The position numbers and the translations under genes are program-made. Below are positions 29,937-40,780 of a stretch of DNA of 64,000 nucleotides, in pieces. The DNA lies in assembly GCA_963711835.1 (NCBI GenBank), contig CAVQFQ010000017.1, positions 288,001-352,000 on the forward strand, written 5' to 3'. The notes under the pieces were generated by a model. It had not been told where the DNA came from and did not search any database. It saw nothing but the letters and a program-made list of their open reading frames with translations. The stretch is from an uncultured delta proteobacterium. Its GTDB lineage: Bacteria > Desulfobacterota > RBG-13-43-22. Position 1 is the stretch's first letter, and the number at the start of each line of letters is the position of its first letter.

Positions 29937-31292
29937 TCAGGGAGAGGGTTTGGTAAGGCCAAACTTTTTTACTTTGCGCAGCAGCGTTCCCCGATCGATG
30001 GCCAATGTTTTTGCCGACTGGGTGATGTTCCAGTTCAAGCGGTCGAGGGTTCTACGCAGGTGGCGGGCTTCCATTTCTTCCAAGGTGACCATTTCCTCCG
30101 TCATCTCCTTCCCCAACTGCAGGAAGGTAAGCTCCCGGTCCCCGATCCAGGGGCCGCGGCTGATCACGACGGCCCTTTCAATCACATTTTTTAATTCCCG
30201 GACATTGCCAGGCCAGTCATAGGCGTGGAGGACTCGAAGACCTTCCGGGGTAAGGCCCGTAAACGGCTTGCCGGTTTCCCGGGCAAATTGTTGAAGAAAA
30301 AAATCGGCCAGGATGGGGATGTCTTCCTTCCGTTCCCTGAGGGGCGGGATCTGGAGGGAAATGACGTTGATGCGGTAGAAAAAATCCTGCCGGAATTGGC
30401 CGGCCCGGATCTGGAGGGCCAGATCCTGGTGGGAGGCGCAGACCAGGCGAAAGTCGCTGGTTATGGCCTGGCTTCCGCCCACCCTGAAAAAATTTTTTTC
30501 TTCCAGGACCCGGAGCAAATCCACCTGCATCTTCAAGGGAATGTCTCCGACCTCATCCAGAAAGAGGGTTCCGCCGTCGGCCATTTCAATCCGACCCCGG
30601 CGGGTTTTAATCGCCCCGGTAAAAGCCCCTTTTTCATGGCCAAAGAGTTCACTCTCCAAAAGACTTTCACTCTGAGCCCCGCAATTGATGGCCACGAAGG
30701 GTCCAAAGGCCCGGCTGCTGCGGGAATGGATGGCCCTGGCAATCAATTCTTTGCCGGTGCCGGTCTCTCCGCTGACCAGCACCGGTGCCTCGGCCGGGGC
30801 CACTTCCTCGATCAGTTTAAAGATCTCCAGCATGGAAGGGGAGCCGGAGACCAGGTCCTCAAAGATGATCTGTTCCCTTTCCGCCAGTCGTTCTTTCAGG
30901 AGGCGATTTTCTTCCAGGACCTGATGGTGCCGGAGAGTTTTTTCGATAACCAGGATCATTTGCTCCGGGTCCACAGGTTTAAGAAGGTAATCACTGGCCC
31001 CCCTTTTCATGGCCGTCACCGCGCTCTCAATCGAACCATAGGCGGTGATGATAATGACCAGGGACTGAGGGTATTTTTCGCGGACCTCTCCAAGCAATTC
31101 CAGGCCGTCCATGCCGGGCATTTTTATATCGACCAGCAGGAGATCATAATCCCTTTGGGCCAGCAGGGATAAGGCCCGAGGGCCGCTTTCAGCCGAATCG
31201 ACCTGAAAACCTTCTTTGACCAGCCAGGCGGATAAAGATTCCCGCATGGCTTCTTCATCGTCTACCACCATGATTCGGTTTTTAGGGTTCAT
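29937..31292 (-). CDS. Sigma54-dependent response regulator (NtrC/AtoC family)
   Basis: REC, GETGTGKE, ESELFGHEKGAFTGA, HTH; start set at MNPKNRIMVVDDE. Confidence 0.95.
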   Translation of the reverse strand: MNPKNRIMVVDDEEAMRESLSAWLVKEGFQVDSAESGPRALSLLAQRDYDLLLVDIKMPGMDGLELLGEVREKYPQSLVIIITAYGSIESAVTAMKRGASDYLLKPVDPEQMILVIEKTLRHHQVLEENRLLKERLAEREQIIFEDLVSGSPSMLEIFKLIEEVAPAEAPVLVSGETGTGKELIARAIHSRSSRAFGPFVAINCGAQSESLLESELFGHEKGAFTGAIKTRRGRIEMADGGTLFLDEVGDIPLKMQVDLLRVLEEKNFFRVGGSQAITSDFRLVCASHQDLALQIRAGQFRQDFFYRINVISLQIPPLRERKEDIPILADFFLQQFARETGKPFTGLTPEGLRVLHAYDWPGNVRELKNVIERAVVISRGPWIGDRELTFLQLGKEMTEEMVTLEEMEARHLRRTLDRLNWNITQSAKTLAIDRGTLLRKVKKFGLTKPSP

Positions 31293-32847
31293 AATCTGCC
31301 CCCTTTTGCATTTCCTTTTCCGGCGATGTGGAGGGAAGAAAGATACGGAAGGTCGCTCCCTGACCTGGAGGGCTCTCAACCTCGATCCTTCCCCCATGTT
31401 CGGTGATGATGCCGTAGACCATGGACAAACCTAATCCTACACCTTGTAGCTCCTTTTTAGTGGAAAAAAACGGTTCGAAGATATGGGGCATATTCTCAGA
31501 TGAAATCCCCGGGCCGGTGTCCGTTATTTCAATCCAGATTTCCTTTTTTTTATGGTGTTGTCCTCCCCGGATGGTCAGGGTCCCCCCTTGGGGCATGGCT
31601 TCAAGGGCATTAAAAATCAGATTCATCAAGCACTGCTGGATCTGGGTCGGATCTCCCCAGAAGGTGAGCGGTTTTTTGAGAAAACCTTGGCTGATTATGG
31701 TTATTTTGGAAAGGTCCAGACGATGTCCGATCAAAAGGATGATTTGATCCAGGATCTCCTGTATAGCTACTTTGCGGGGCTCAATGCTCCGCTGGCGGGC
31801 AAAGGAAAGGAGATTGCCGATAATTTTGGCGGATCGTTGGGCCTCCCGGACGGAAAGGTCAAGCCATTTTTTGAAATCCTTCAGGTCTTCCGAGCTTGGC
31901 CGATGATCCTGCAGGGTCTTCAGGATAAGCTTGTTGAAATTTAAAATACTGCCCAGGGGATTATTGATCTCATGGGCCACCGAAGCGACTAATTTTCCCA
32001 AGGCGATCAATTTATCCTCTTGAACCAGACGGGCCAAGTCATTTTTGATGGCCTTGGTACGCTCTTCAAGGCGTAAGGAAAGTTCTTGGGTGATATCCTT
32101 GAAGATCTCCAGGACCTGAATGACTTCACCTCGTTGATTGACAACCGGGAAGGTGGTCACGTCGCAAAAATGGGCCTTGCCCGAGGCATCAACATGCTCA
32201 TGGATGGCATGGGCCGATTTTCCGGTCATGACCGTTTCCACCATGGGGCAGGGCGTTTCGAGGCTGTCGCAGGGGGTTAAGGATTGATGGGTAATCTGAA
32301 AACAGAAACGGTCCTTGGCCTCATCGGCGGTTATTCCGGCTTGGCGACAGGCCCCCTCGTTGATCTGAATGATCCGGTAGTTGAGGTTCAAGACCATGAT
32401 GGCTTCGCGGGTGGCTTCGGTCAGGGATCGCGCCAGCGAGCTCAGCAGGCTGAATTCATCTTCCCTTTGATCCAGGTGCTGCCCCAGGGAAAGGATCTCA
32501 TGAAAGAAAGAAAAGGCATTGTGATCGATGAGGCCCACCGATGTCGGTTTGCCGGCGGCCACTTCTTGGATTAACTGGTTATTGTCAGACAATTCCAAGA
32601 TTAAATTGAGGCCTTTGAGAGAATAAAGATCATGAAAATCGGAAGTCGTGAAGAGATCCCTGCGTTTTGCCTTTTGGATACCCGGGGCCTCCGGATTGGG
32701 GTCGGCCACCCCGACGATTTCCAATCCCAGCCTGCCGAGGGTATCGGTATCATATTCTTGAAGAAGGGCCAAACAGCGCTGTCCGCCTCCAACAATGGCT
32801 AGTCGCAGTGTGGCGGGACGGGGACCAGGATTTGCGGTAGAGGGCAC
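31282..32847 (-). CDS. Cytoplasmic histidine kinase with N-terminal Rossmann-like domain and PAS
   Basis: LAIVGGG..IVGVAD, PAS with CFQITH..PC..PCP, AHEINNPL, FEPFFSTK, GVGLGL. Confidence 0.9.
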   Translation of the reverse strand: MPSTANPGPRPATLRLAIVGGGQRCLALLQEYDTDTLGRLGLEIVGVADPNPEAPGIQKAKRRDLFTTSDFHDLYSLKGLNLILELSDNNQLIQEVAAGKPTSVGLIDHNAFSFFHEILSLGQHLDQREDEFSLLSSLARSLTEATREAIMVLNLNYRIIQINEGACRQAGITADEAKDRFCFQITHQSLTPCDSLETPCPMVETVMTGKSAHAIHEHVDASGKAHFCDVTTFPVVNQRGEVIQVLEIFKDITQELSLRLEERTKAIKNDLARLVQEDKLIALGKLVASVAHEINNPLGSILNFNKLILKTLQDHRPSSEDLKDFKKWLDLSVREAQRSAKIIGNLLSFARQRSIEPRKVAIQEILDQIILLIGHRLDLSKITIISQGFLKKPLTFWGDPTQIQQCLMNLIFNALEAMPQGGTLTIRGGQHHKKKEIWIEITDTGPGISSENMPHIFEPFFSTKKELQGVGLGLSMVYGIITEHGGRIEVESPPGQGATFRIFLPSTSPEKEMQKGADYEP

Positions 32848-32918
32848 TTTTTTTTCTCCATAAATTGTCTTTGGCCACCGGGTTTAGAGGACAACCCTGA
32901 AGCATTAACCGAAGCGAG

Positions 32919-33698
32919 TCAGTAACCGGACAACTCCCCAACAATGGCCTGGGCATAGTGTCGGCGGGCACAGGCCGGACAGAGGTCCCGCTCCACTTTT
33001 AGCCCCTCCTCGAGATCGGAACGGTTGGTTACATAATCGATGAACCGCTGGGTGTGGTAATAGGTCCCGCAGCTCCGGCAAGAAACGAGGGTCTGCCGGC
33101 TGATGGTGTTGTCTTTCAAAAATATCCGGCGCTGGTCTTCCTGATCCTCCGCATGGATGGCATCGGCTGGGCAGAGGTTGACGCAGGTGGCGCAGCCGAT
33201 GCAGGTCTCGGAAAGTTTGCCGAACTCGGCGGTGACCCGCTTCTTTTGCCCTCGGCCGGCAAAGCACAGGGCGGAGACGCCGATTTTATCCCGGCAGACC
33301 CGCACGCAGAGGCCGCAGCGGACACAGTTGTCGCTCTGGTCGGTGGGGAAACGGGTGGATTCCACCCCGTATTTCCGGGCCAGTTCGAGCAGGGGCTTTG
33401 AATCCGGGGCCCTTCCCAGGAGCAATTCAAAGACAACCTTACGGGATTGCCGGACCAGAGGTGTATCCGTTTCGACCACCAGGCCCGGAGAAACCGCCAA
33501 CGTACAGGAGGCAATAAGCTGCCGCCGCAACATGGGCCCTTCGGCCTCTACGACACACAGGCGGCAGGCCCCGTAGGGTCCTAAGGCTTCGTGGAAACAG
33601 AGGGTAGGGATGTCGATGCCTTCTGACCGGGCTATTTCAAGGACGGTTTTATTGTCCTCAACCTGGAAGGATTTTTTATTAAGTATTATCTCTACCAT
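32919..33698 (-). CDS. NuoG/HndD N-terminal-like FeS subunit ([2Fe-2S] plus [4Fe-4S])
   Basis: IPTLC..GACRLCVVE..ASC, CVRCGLCVRVC, CIGCATCVNLCP, additional CxxC pairs. Confidence 0.9.
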   Translation of the reverse strand: MVEIILNKKSFQVEDNKTVLEIARSEGIDIPTLCFHEALGPYGACRLCVVEAEGPMLRRQLIASCTLAVSPGLVVETDTPLVRQSRKVVFELLLGRAPDSKPLLELARKYGVESTRFPTDQSDNCVRCGLCVRVCRDKIGVSALCFAGRGQKKRVTAEFGKLSETCIGCATCVNLCPADAIHAEDQEDQRRIFLKDNTISRQTLVSCRSCGTYYHTQRFIDYVTNRSDLEEGLKVERDLCPACARRHYAQAIVGELSGY

Positions 33699-33699
33699 T

Positions 33700-36600
33700 T
33701 TATTCTCCCAGATCGCAGCGCAGGCAGCGCTTGGCTTCATTTCGACAATCCAGTTCGCTCAATCCAAGTTCGACGACGCAAAAATCCCTAATACGCTTAA
33801 CCGGTTCCTCCTCCGGCAGGCCGGGCCGCTTCAGGCTTTCTATCTCCTCCTCACTAACCGGGAGAGCTTCGATTCGTTCCCTCGGAGTGGGTATCTTCAC
33901 CTTTTCTTCCAAGGGCTCCCCCTGAAGGAAGCGGTGAATCGATCGGGCCGCCTGTTTGCCGGCTGCCACGGCTTCCACCACCGTGGCCGGTCCGGTGACA
34001 TTGTCTCCGCCGGCAAAGAGGCCGGGGATATTGGTGGCCAAATGAATGGGATGGGCCTCTACCAGACCGCGGCGTGAGTAGGCCAGACTTTCTCCGCCCA
34101 GGTTTAAGGCCAACGGCTCAGGGACCTGTCCGATGGCTTTGATGACTCCATCGATGGGCAGGGTGGTTTCCGAACCGGCAACCGGAATAGGACGTCTTCT
34201 TCCTGAGGCATCCGGCTCCCCCAGGGCCATGGCGATACAGACGATCCCGGTCAGGTTTTGATCATCCCCCAGGATCTCAACCGGCTGGGTCAGGTAGCTG
34301 ATTTCAATCCCCTCTTCCTTGGCCTGGATAATTTCATCGGCATAGGCAGGCATCTCGGCCTCGGTGCGGCGGTAGAGGATGGCCACCGAACTGCCCTGGC
34401 GCAAGGCGGTTCGGGCCGCATCCATGGCTACATTTCCGCCGCCTATCACGGCGATCCTTTTCCCCAGGGCGACCTTTTCTCCCAGGGCGACCCGTTTTAA
34501 AAATTCCACCCCCGAATAGACGCCCGGCAGGTCTTCCCCTTTTATTCCTAAGCGTACCTCCTGATGGGCCCCGCCGGCCAGAAAAAAGGCCTGGAATCCC
34601 TCCTTCTTCAGGTCATCCAGCGAGATGTCCCGGCCGATACAGGTCCCGGTTTTAAACCGGGCCCCCAGTCGGGCAATGGCCTGGATGTCAAATTCCAGGA
34701 CCTCCCTGGGGAGGCGGTAGCTGGGTATGCCGACCCGGAGCATGCCCCCTAAAACCGGCAGGGCTTCGAAGACCGTAACGGGATATCCCTGCCGGGTAAG
34801 GTAGTAAGCGGCTGTCAGGCCTGCCGGACCGGACCCGATAACGGCCACCTTTTGGGTATGAACCGGGTTGGTCCGTGGCTGCACTTCCCGGTGCTCCCGG
34901 ACAAAGTCGGCTACGAACCGTTTTAAGGATTTGATGGAAATGGACTGGTCCACTTCCCCTCGGCGGCACTGCAGTTCGCAGGGTGCGGGACAGACATAGC
35001 CGCACACGGCAGGCAATGGGTTGTCTTCCCGGATCAGGTTCAGGGCCTCCTCATACCGGCCATGACCGATCAGGGAAACATAGCTGGGCACGTCGATGCC
35101 TGCCGGGCAGGCAAACTGGCATGGGGCCGGGGAGAGGCGCTTACAGACCCGGGCCGGACAGGTTTTTTCTTTGATGTGGGCCTCATATTCATCCCGGAAA
35201 TATTTTAGGGTAGAGAGCACCGGGTTCGGAGCTGTCTTCCCCAGGCCGCAGAGGGCGGCCTCCTTGACTACCAGACAGAGTTCTTCTAAGAGAGGCAGGT
35301 GTTCTTCGGTACCTCGACCCTGGGTGATGTCGTCCAGGAGTTTGACCAGTCTCCCGGGTTCCCTCCCGGCAGGGGGTGCATTTGCCGCAGGATTCATCCA
35401 TACAGAAAGAGACGAAGAACTTGGCCACATCCACCATACAGGTATCTTCATCCATAACCACCATACCCCCAGACCCGACGATAGAACCGAGGGCGGTCAG
35501 GTTCTCATAATCCACGGGCACATCAATATGACTGTAAGGGATGCAGCCTCCGGAAGGGCCGCCAGTCTGAACGGCTTTATATTTTTTCTCATTCGGGATA
35601 CCGCCTCCTATGTCATAAATGATTTCGCGCAGAGGTATCCCCAAGGGGACCTCTACCAAGCCGGTATTGCGGATCTTTCCTACCAGAGAAAAGATCTTGG
35701 TTCCTTTAGATTTTTCGGTTCCGATGGCAGCGAACCAGGATGATCCGTTCTGGATGATCTTGGGGACCGTGGCCCAGGTCTCAACATTGTTGATGTTGGT
35801 AGGCTTGCCCCATAAGCCGCTTTGGGCGGGGAAGGGAGGCCGGGGACGGGGTTCCCCGATCTGATCTTCCAGGGAGGCGATTAGGGCTGTTTCCTCCCCG
35901 CAGACAAAGGCCCCGGCGCCTAATTTTACCTGGACCTCAAAGTCAAAACCGGAACCAAGAATGTCTTTCCCGAGGAACCCTTTCTCCCGGGCCTGCCGGA
36001 TGGCCAATTGAAGCCTGTCAACTGCCAAGGGATATTCCGCCCGGATGTAGACAATACCTTCTGTGGCGCCTATAGCATAAGCCCCGATAATCATTCCTTC
36101 AATGACCGCATGGGGATCCCCTTCAATAGTTGATCGGTCCATAAAGGCGCCCGGATCTCCCTCGTCGGCATTGCAAATGATGTATTTTTGATTACCCGGG
36201 GAGCGCCGGCAGGCCTCCCATTTGAAACCTGTCGGAAAACCTGCTCCTCCACGTCCTCTCAGCCCGGAGGCCTTGATTTCGGCAATTATTTCTTCGGGCT
36301 GCAATGCGGTCAGGGCTTTTTCTGCCGCCTGATATCCCCCGACGGATAGGTAGGCCTCTATGTCCTCCGGGTCGATTTGGCCGCAGTGAACCAGCACCAG
36401 TTTCTTTTGTTTCCCATGAAAAGTGGCATATTCCGGACCTACTTGCCATTCGGCTATGGGCTGGCCTTTTAGAATGTGTTCTTCAATTATCCTTTCCACC
36501 ATGTCAGGGGTAACGAATTGATAAGTTGTTGCTTTGCCCTCAATAATGATATCCACCAGTACATCTTTAGCGCAAAAACCCCGGCAGCCTACCTTATGGC

Positions 36601-36826
36601 TCTGGCATCTTTTCTTAAACTGTACGGGTAGTTTCTTACCCTTAAGTCCTTTCTTAAAGGCCTCGAGGACCTCCGCCCCGCCAGCGGCAATCCCTCCGGT
36701 GCCCAGACAGACTTTGATCAGGATTGAAGAAGGGAGAGGCTGGGAAGATTTCCTCTCGGTGATTACCTTTGCCTTCCTCGTACGGAGTGTTTTTTTTGAA
36801 CCGGTTTTGCTGCCCTTGATAACCAC
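33700..36826 (-). CDS. NuoF/HydB(BfuB)-like flavoprotein fused to a GltD/NfnB-like FAD domain; +1 frameshift at ~35355
   Basis: [49 protein letters not shown]; removing one base joins ..[39 protein letters not shown]. Confidence 0.88.
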
Positions 36827-36839
36827 TATCTTCCCCTTG

Positions 36840-37292
36840 TCATTTGTATTTTTTCAGTATTTCTTGAACCTGGTTTTGGTTCACATTCCCAAGGGTGTGC
36901 TTGTTGATGATCATGACCGGGGCCAGGCTGCAGGCTCCTACACAACGGACGGTTCCCAACGTAAAATTCATGTCCTCGGAGGTTTCCCCTTCATCCAGGC
37001 CCAGTTTCTTTTTCACCTCGCTCAAGATTCGAGGAGAACCCTTGACATGGCAGGCTGTCCCCAGGCACACATTCACTTGGTACCTTCCTTTCGGGGTCAG
37101 GCTGAAGAAATGATAAAAGGTGGCCATGCCGTAGAGTTGAGTCAGCGGGATTTTTGTCTTTTCAGAGAGATAGCGCAGGGCTTCTTCGGGCAGATAATTG
37201 AAAAGGGATTGAACCTCGTGTAGGATCGAGATCAGATTTCCTTTGGTTTCGGGATAGTTTTCAAGGATGAGATCAATTTCCTTTGACTCCAT
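36840..37292 (-). CDS. NuoE/HydC-like thioredoxin-fold [2Fe-2S] subunit
   Basis: ATFYHFF, VCLGTACHVKG, CVGACSLAP. Confidence 0.93.
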   Translation of the reverse strand: MESKEIDLILENYPETKGNLISILHEVQSLFNYLPEEALRYLSEKTKIPLTQLYGMATFYHFFSLTPKGRYQVNVCLGTACHVKGSPRILSEVKKKLGLDEGETSEDMNFTLGTVRCVGACSLAPVMIINKHTLGNVNQNQVQEILKKYK

Positions 37293-37435
37293 TACAGCCT
37301 CTCCTTAGTTTAGGACGGACCTGATAAATAAGACAGCCGTGGAAGAGCTTGTGGACTTTTTCAAGTGGAGTTTATTTTATTGATGACTTCAATCACCGGA
37401 GGTTCAGGGATGATATGGCCGGAGGGAGCTTGCCG

Positions 37436-39574
37436 TCAAAGAGAGGCTTTGCTAACCCGGACTAGGCATTCGGTTAGATTGTTCCCTCCTCCCACAGGAT
37501 CATAGCGGGTCAGAAAACCCTTTTGCAGGCGCTGGTCGGCCATGCCCCGTTTATAGGCCCGGGTCTGGAGGGGTACGGTCCGCCCAAAACCGTGGTACAT
37601 GAATACGGCCTCCGGATCAATAAAGGGAGTGACCGAGGCTCGCCCCTGAATATGATAGCCGTTGCTTTCCACTTGAACCGGATCCCCATGACTCAACCCC
37701 ATTTGTTGAGCGGCCCGGGGATGGATCCAAAGGGTGTTTTCCGGCATGATCTCATGGAGCAGGGGGTTGTTCATGGTGTGGGCATGGTTATGCATGGCAG
37801 GCCGGCCAAAGAACAACCGGAATTCCCCGGGGGCCAGTTCAGGGGGGTCTTTAAACGCGGCCAGGCTGGGGAATCCCGCCTCGTTAAGAAGAGAGGACTC
37901 CAATTCAATTTTTCCAGAAGGGGTCTTGAATTTCAAGCCTTCCCGGCGATCCCAGAGGACCGGCTTTTCAGTCAGAACGACCAGGCCCTTTTCACGAATC
38001 CGCTCCAGGGGGATTCCTGTATCCTCTAATTGATAGCGCCAGATATCCTCTATGGTTTCGAAGTCAAAGTATTGGCCGGCACCCAAACGGCGGGCCAATT
38101 CTTTGAAGATCCACCAGGCCGGACGGGCATCGAACCGGGGGGCTACGGCCTGGTCGCGCATGGCTATATTGGGCTTAAGCCCGCTTTTATCCGCCAGGAT
38201 ATTGGCCCGTTCCAGATAGGTGGCCTCCGGCAGGATGACATCGGCAAACCAGCCTGTTTCACTATAGTTGACATCGATCGAAACCAGGAGCTTCAGCTTT
38301 TCATAGGCCCGGATCTGGGCCTCCGGATCGGGGAGCGCTGAAAGAGGGTCATGACGGTAAGTGATATAAGCCCCCACCGGGTAAGGATCCCCGCTTTCCA
38401 GGGCCGGGAAAAGAAGATGCAGAAGCCCTGCGCCCGGATCAAAGTGTTTATACCTCCAGCCCGCTCCATCCACCCGTTTTTCTTCTACCTTGGGGATTCG
38501 GTCCGCCAGCTTTTTTAGGCCGTTGCGTCCGGCGTCCTTGGCCTCTTTGGCAATAATCAACCCTCCCGGGGTTTCAATAGCCCCCAAAAGGGCATTCAAA
38601 AGGTAACTGGACCGGCTGGTATAAAAGGATTGCCCGTGGCGGGCGACCATCCAGCCGGGATGGAAAATAACCTGTGGGGCGTCGGCGGCGATCTCTCGAA
38701 CGAAGGCCCGGATCTCTCCGGCCGGTACACCGGTCTTGGTCTCGGCCCACTCCGGGGTCTTACCCCGGACCAGGTCCCTGATGGTCTCCAGCCCCAGACA
38801 CCAGCGGGCAACAAAATCCTTATCATACAGGTTTTCTTCCAGGATCTGCTGGATAAAGGCCAGATTCAGGGCATATTCGGTATTGGGCCTGATTTGCCAA
38901 AACCGGGTCGCTTTGCTGGCGGTCACGGTGGCCCTGATATCAATGTAGGTGCATTTGGCGCCCCGGTCGATGGCCTTCATAAATTCCTTGGCTTCCTTCA
39001 CCTGCAAAGATTCAAGGAGATTGCGCCCGAACAGGACGATGTGGTTGGTGTTCTTGATGTCATAGCTGAAACCCGTCCGGCCGAGACCAAAGATGCTCTT
39101 GGCCGCATGGTGAGCATTTCTCCCGCAGGTGCAATCGTGGTCAAAATAATTGGGTGATCCCAGGGCCTTCAAAAAACTCTTGGTCAGATCGGTAAAGGGT
39201 CCACCCCGGTCCGAGAGGACGATCCCCCGCCCGCCATATTCGTTAATGACTTCTTTTAATTTGGCGGCTACGTAATCCAGGGCCTCCTCCCAGCCGGCCG
39301 CCCGCCATTGTCCACTGCCCCGGGGGCCGGTCCGGATCATGGGCTGCTGGGGACGTTCGTCATCATATTCGAAGGCCAGCCCGGCCGATCCTTTGGCGCA
39401 CAAGCTGGTTTCCATGGCCTGGTCATGAGGATTACCCTGGATCCAGACAACCCGTCCATTCTCAACTTCCACCTGAATCGGGCAACGGACTGCACACATA
39501 CCGCATATGCTGTAGACCGTCCTCCGAGCGGACTGATCTATCCCGGCAACATTGGGGGCTTTACTCGACTTCAT
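37436..39574 (-). CDS. Cytoplasmic Mo-bisPGD oxidoreductase, thiosulfate/polysulfide reductase (PhsA/PsrA)-like
   Basis: CGMCAVRC..LCAKG, GSPNYFDHDCTC (Cys ligand region), ADVILPEATYLER, HAHTMNNP; no TAT signal. Confidence 0.8.
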   Translation of the reverse strand: MKSSKAPNVAGIDQSARRTVYSICGMCAVRCPIQVEVENGRVVWIQGNPHDQAMETSLCAKGSAGLAFEYDDERPQQPMIRTGPRGSGQWRAAGWEEALDYVAAKLKEVINEYGGRGIVLSDRGGPFTDLTKSFLKALGSPNYFDHDCTCGRNAHHAAKSIFGLGRTGFSYDIKNTNHIVLFGRNLLESLQVKEAKEFMKAIDRGAKCTYIDIRATVTASKATRFWQIRPNTEYALNLAFIQQILEENLYDKDFVARWCLGLETIRDLVRGKTPEWAETKTGVPAGEIRAFVREIAADAPQVIFHPGWMVARHGQSFYTSRSSYLLNALLGAIETPGGLIIAKEAKDAGRNGLKKLADRIPKVEEKRVDGAGWRYKHFDPGAGLLHLLFPALESGDPYPVGAYITYRHDPLSALPDPEAQIRAYEKLKLLVSIDVNYSETGWFADVILPEATYLERANILADKSGLKPNIAMRDQAVAPRFDARPAWWIFKELARRLGAGQYFDFETIEDIWRYQLEDTGIPLERIREKGLVVLTEKPVLWDRREGLKFKTPSGKIELESSLLNEAGFPSLAAFKDPPELAPGEFRLFFGRPAMHNHAHTMNNPLLHEIMPENTLWIHPRAAQQMGLSHGDPVQVESNGYHIQGRASVTPFIDPEAVFMYHGFGRTVPLQTRAYKRGMADQRLQKGFLTRYDPVGGGNNLTECLVRVSKASL

Positions 39575-39811
39575 TCCCGTCTCCTTCCAAAAAATGGAAC
39601 GTGGTTTTTTATGAAAATTTATTCTAAATGGCCTCTCCAAATGATGTCAAGGTCAAAAATGGCCATTTTGCAATAGCCATTAAAAGGGATTATAATTTGA
39701 TGGACGATTAGAGGGCAGCTATGATAAAAAATTAATATAAGCATAGATGAACCTTTGGGAAATTGTGACTGTTGAGCGCAACCAATACCCCTATAAGACA
39801 GGAGAAGAGAT

Positions 39812-40324
39812 ATGAGTATTTACTACCTGTCCCATGATCCCAAGAATTGTATTAACTGCTATTCTTGCGAAATCCACTGTAAAACAAAGAACAACCTCCA
39901 GGTCGGCCCCCGTTTCTGCCAAATTGTCTCCGTAGGACCCAAGTTGGTGAAGGGCCTACCCAAATTAGGGCTGGTTTTTATGCCCTGCTTCCATTGTGAA
40001 AGACCCTGGTGTGTTTCAGCCTGCCCGACCGGGGCCATGCAAAAGCGTCCCAAAGACGGGATCGTCTTTGTAGATTCCACCTTGTGCGTTGGCTGTAAAA
40101 GCTGTATCACTGCCTGTCCCTGGGGGGCGCCGCAGTGGAATCCGGATACAGGCAAGGCCATTAAATGCGATTACTGTAAGGATCGGGTGGATGCCGGCTT
40201 GAAACCGGCCTGTGTCACTAAGTGCCTGACCCAATGCCTGGATTTCGGCCAGGTTACCGATGAGGCGACACAAAAGAAACGGGATCGTTTTGCCAAGGCG
40301 GTGGCCTTTGACCTGGCGGATTAG
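39812..40324 (+). CDS. 4x[4Fe-4S] electron-transfer subunit (PhsB/DmsB-like)
   Basis: CINCYSCEIHC, CFHCERPWCVSACP, CVGCKSCITACP, KCDYC..PACV..C. Confidence 0.92.
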   Translation: MSIYYLSHDPKNCINCYSCEIHCKTKNNLQVGPRFCQIVSVGPKLVKGLPKLGLVFMPCFHCERPWCVSACPTGAMQKRPKDGIVFVDSTLCVGCKSCITACPWGAPQWNPDTGKAIKCDYCKDRVDAGLKPACVTKCLTQCLDFGQVTDEATQKKRDRFAKAVAFDLAD

Positions 40325-40391
40325 GATAAGAGAGTTGGGCTGGGGGTGATCACGGTAGGACCCTTTAAACCCATAAAGGAAACCATAAAAA

Positions 40392-40763
40392 ATGGCTGAA
40401 ATAAAATTTTATAAAGAACATACCTGGGTGCGTCCGGAAGGCGATATCGGGACCGTCGGTTTGTCTCATTATGCCCAGGAGCAGATGGGCCAGATTATCT
40501 ATGTCGATCTGCCTGAGGAAGGCCGGGAGATTACCGCTGGAGAAGAATTCGGAGCCCTGGAATCCAACAAGGTAGCTTCCGATCTGATCGCCCCGGTCAG
40601 CGGGGAAGTCCTCGAATCCAACCCGGCCCTTGAAAACCAGCCGGCCTTAATCAATGATTCCCCTTATGATCAGGGTTGGATAACGAAAGTCAGGCTCAGC
40701 AGCCCGGAAGAACTGGACGGCTTGATGGATGAAGCAGCCTATCTGAAGTTGGTTTCAGGATAA
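40392..40763 (+). CDS. gcvH: Glycine cleavage H protein / lipoyl carrier
   Basis: EHTW, VGLSHYAQ, LESNKVASD (lipoyl Lys), APVSG, N.SPY..GW. Confidence 0.92.
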   Translation: MAEIKFYKEHTWVRPEGDIGTVGLSHYAQEQMGQIIYVDLPEEGREITAGEEFGALESNKVASDLIAPVSGEVLESNPALENQPALINDSPYDQGWITKVRLSSPEELDGLMDEAAYLKLVSG

Positions 40764-40780
40764 GTTAAGGCCTATAAAGT

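Noticed and set aside
30225-31172. Long antisense ORFs (315 aa here; also 17289..18047, 36534..37223, 57472..58155, 59298..59762)
   Set aside because: They are shadow frames opposite well-supported genes and contain no motifs.
35340-35370. Programmed ribosomal frameshift in NuoF-GltD
   Set aside because: No canonical slippery heptamer, the break falls mid-domain, and several similar indels occur in the window.
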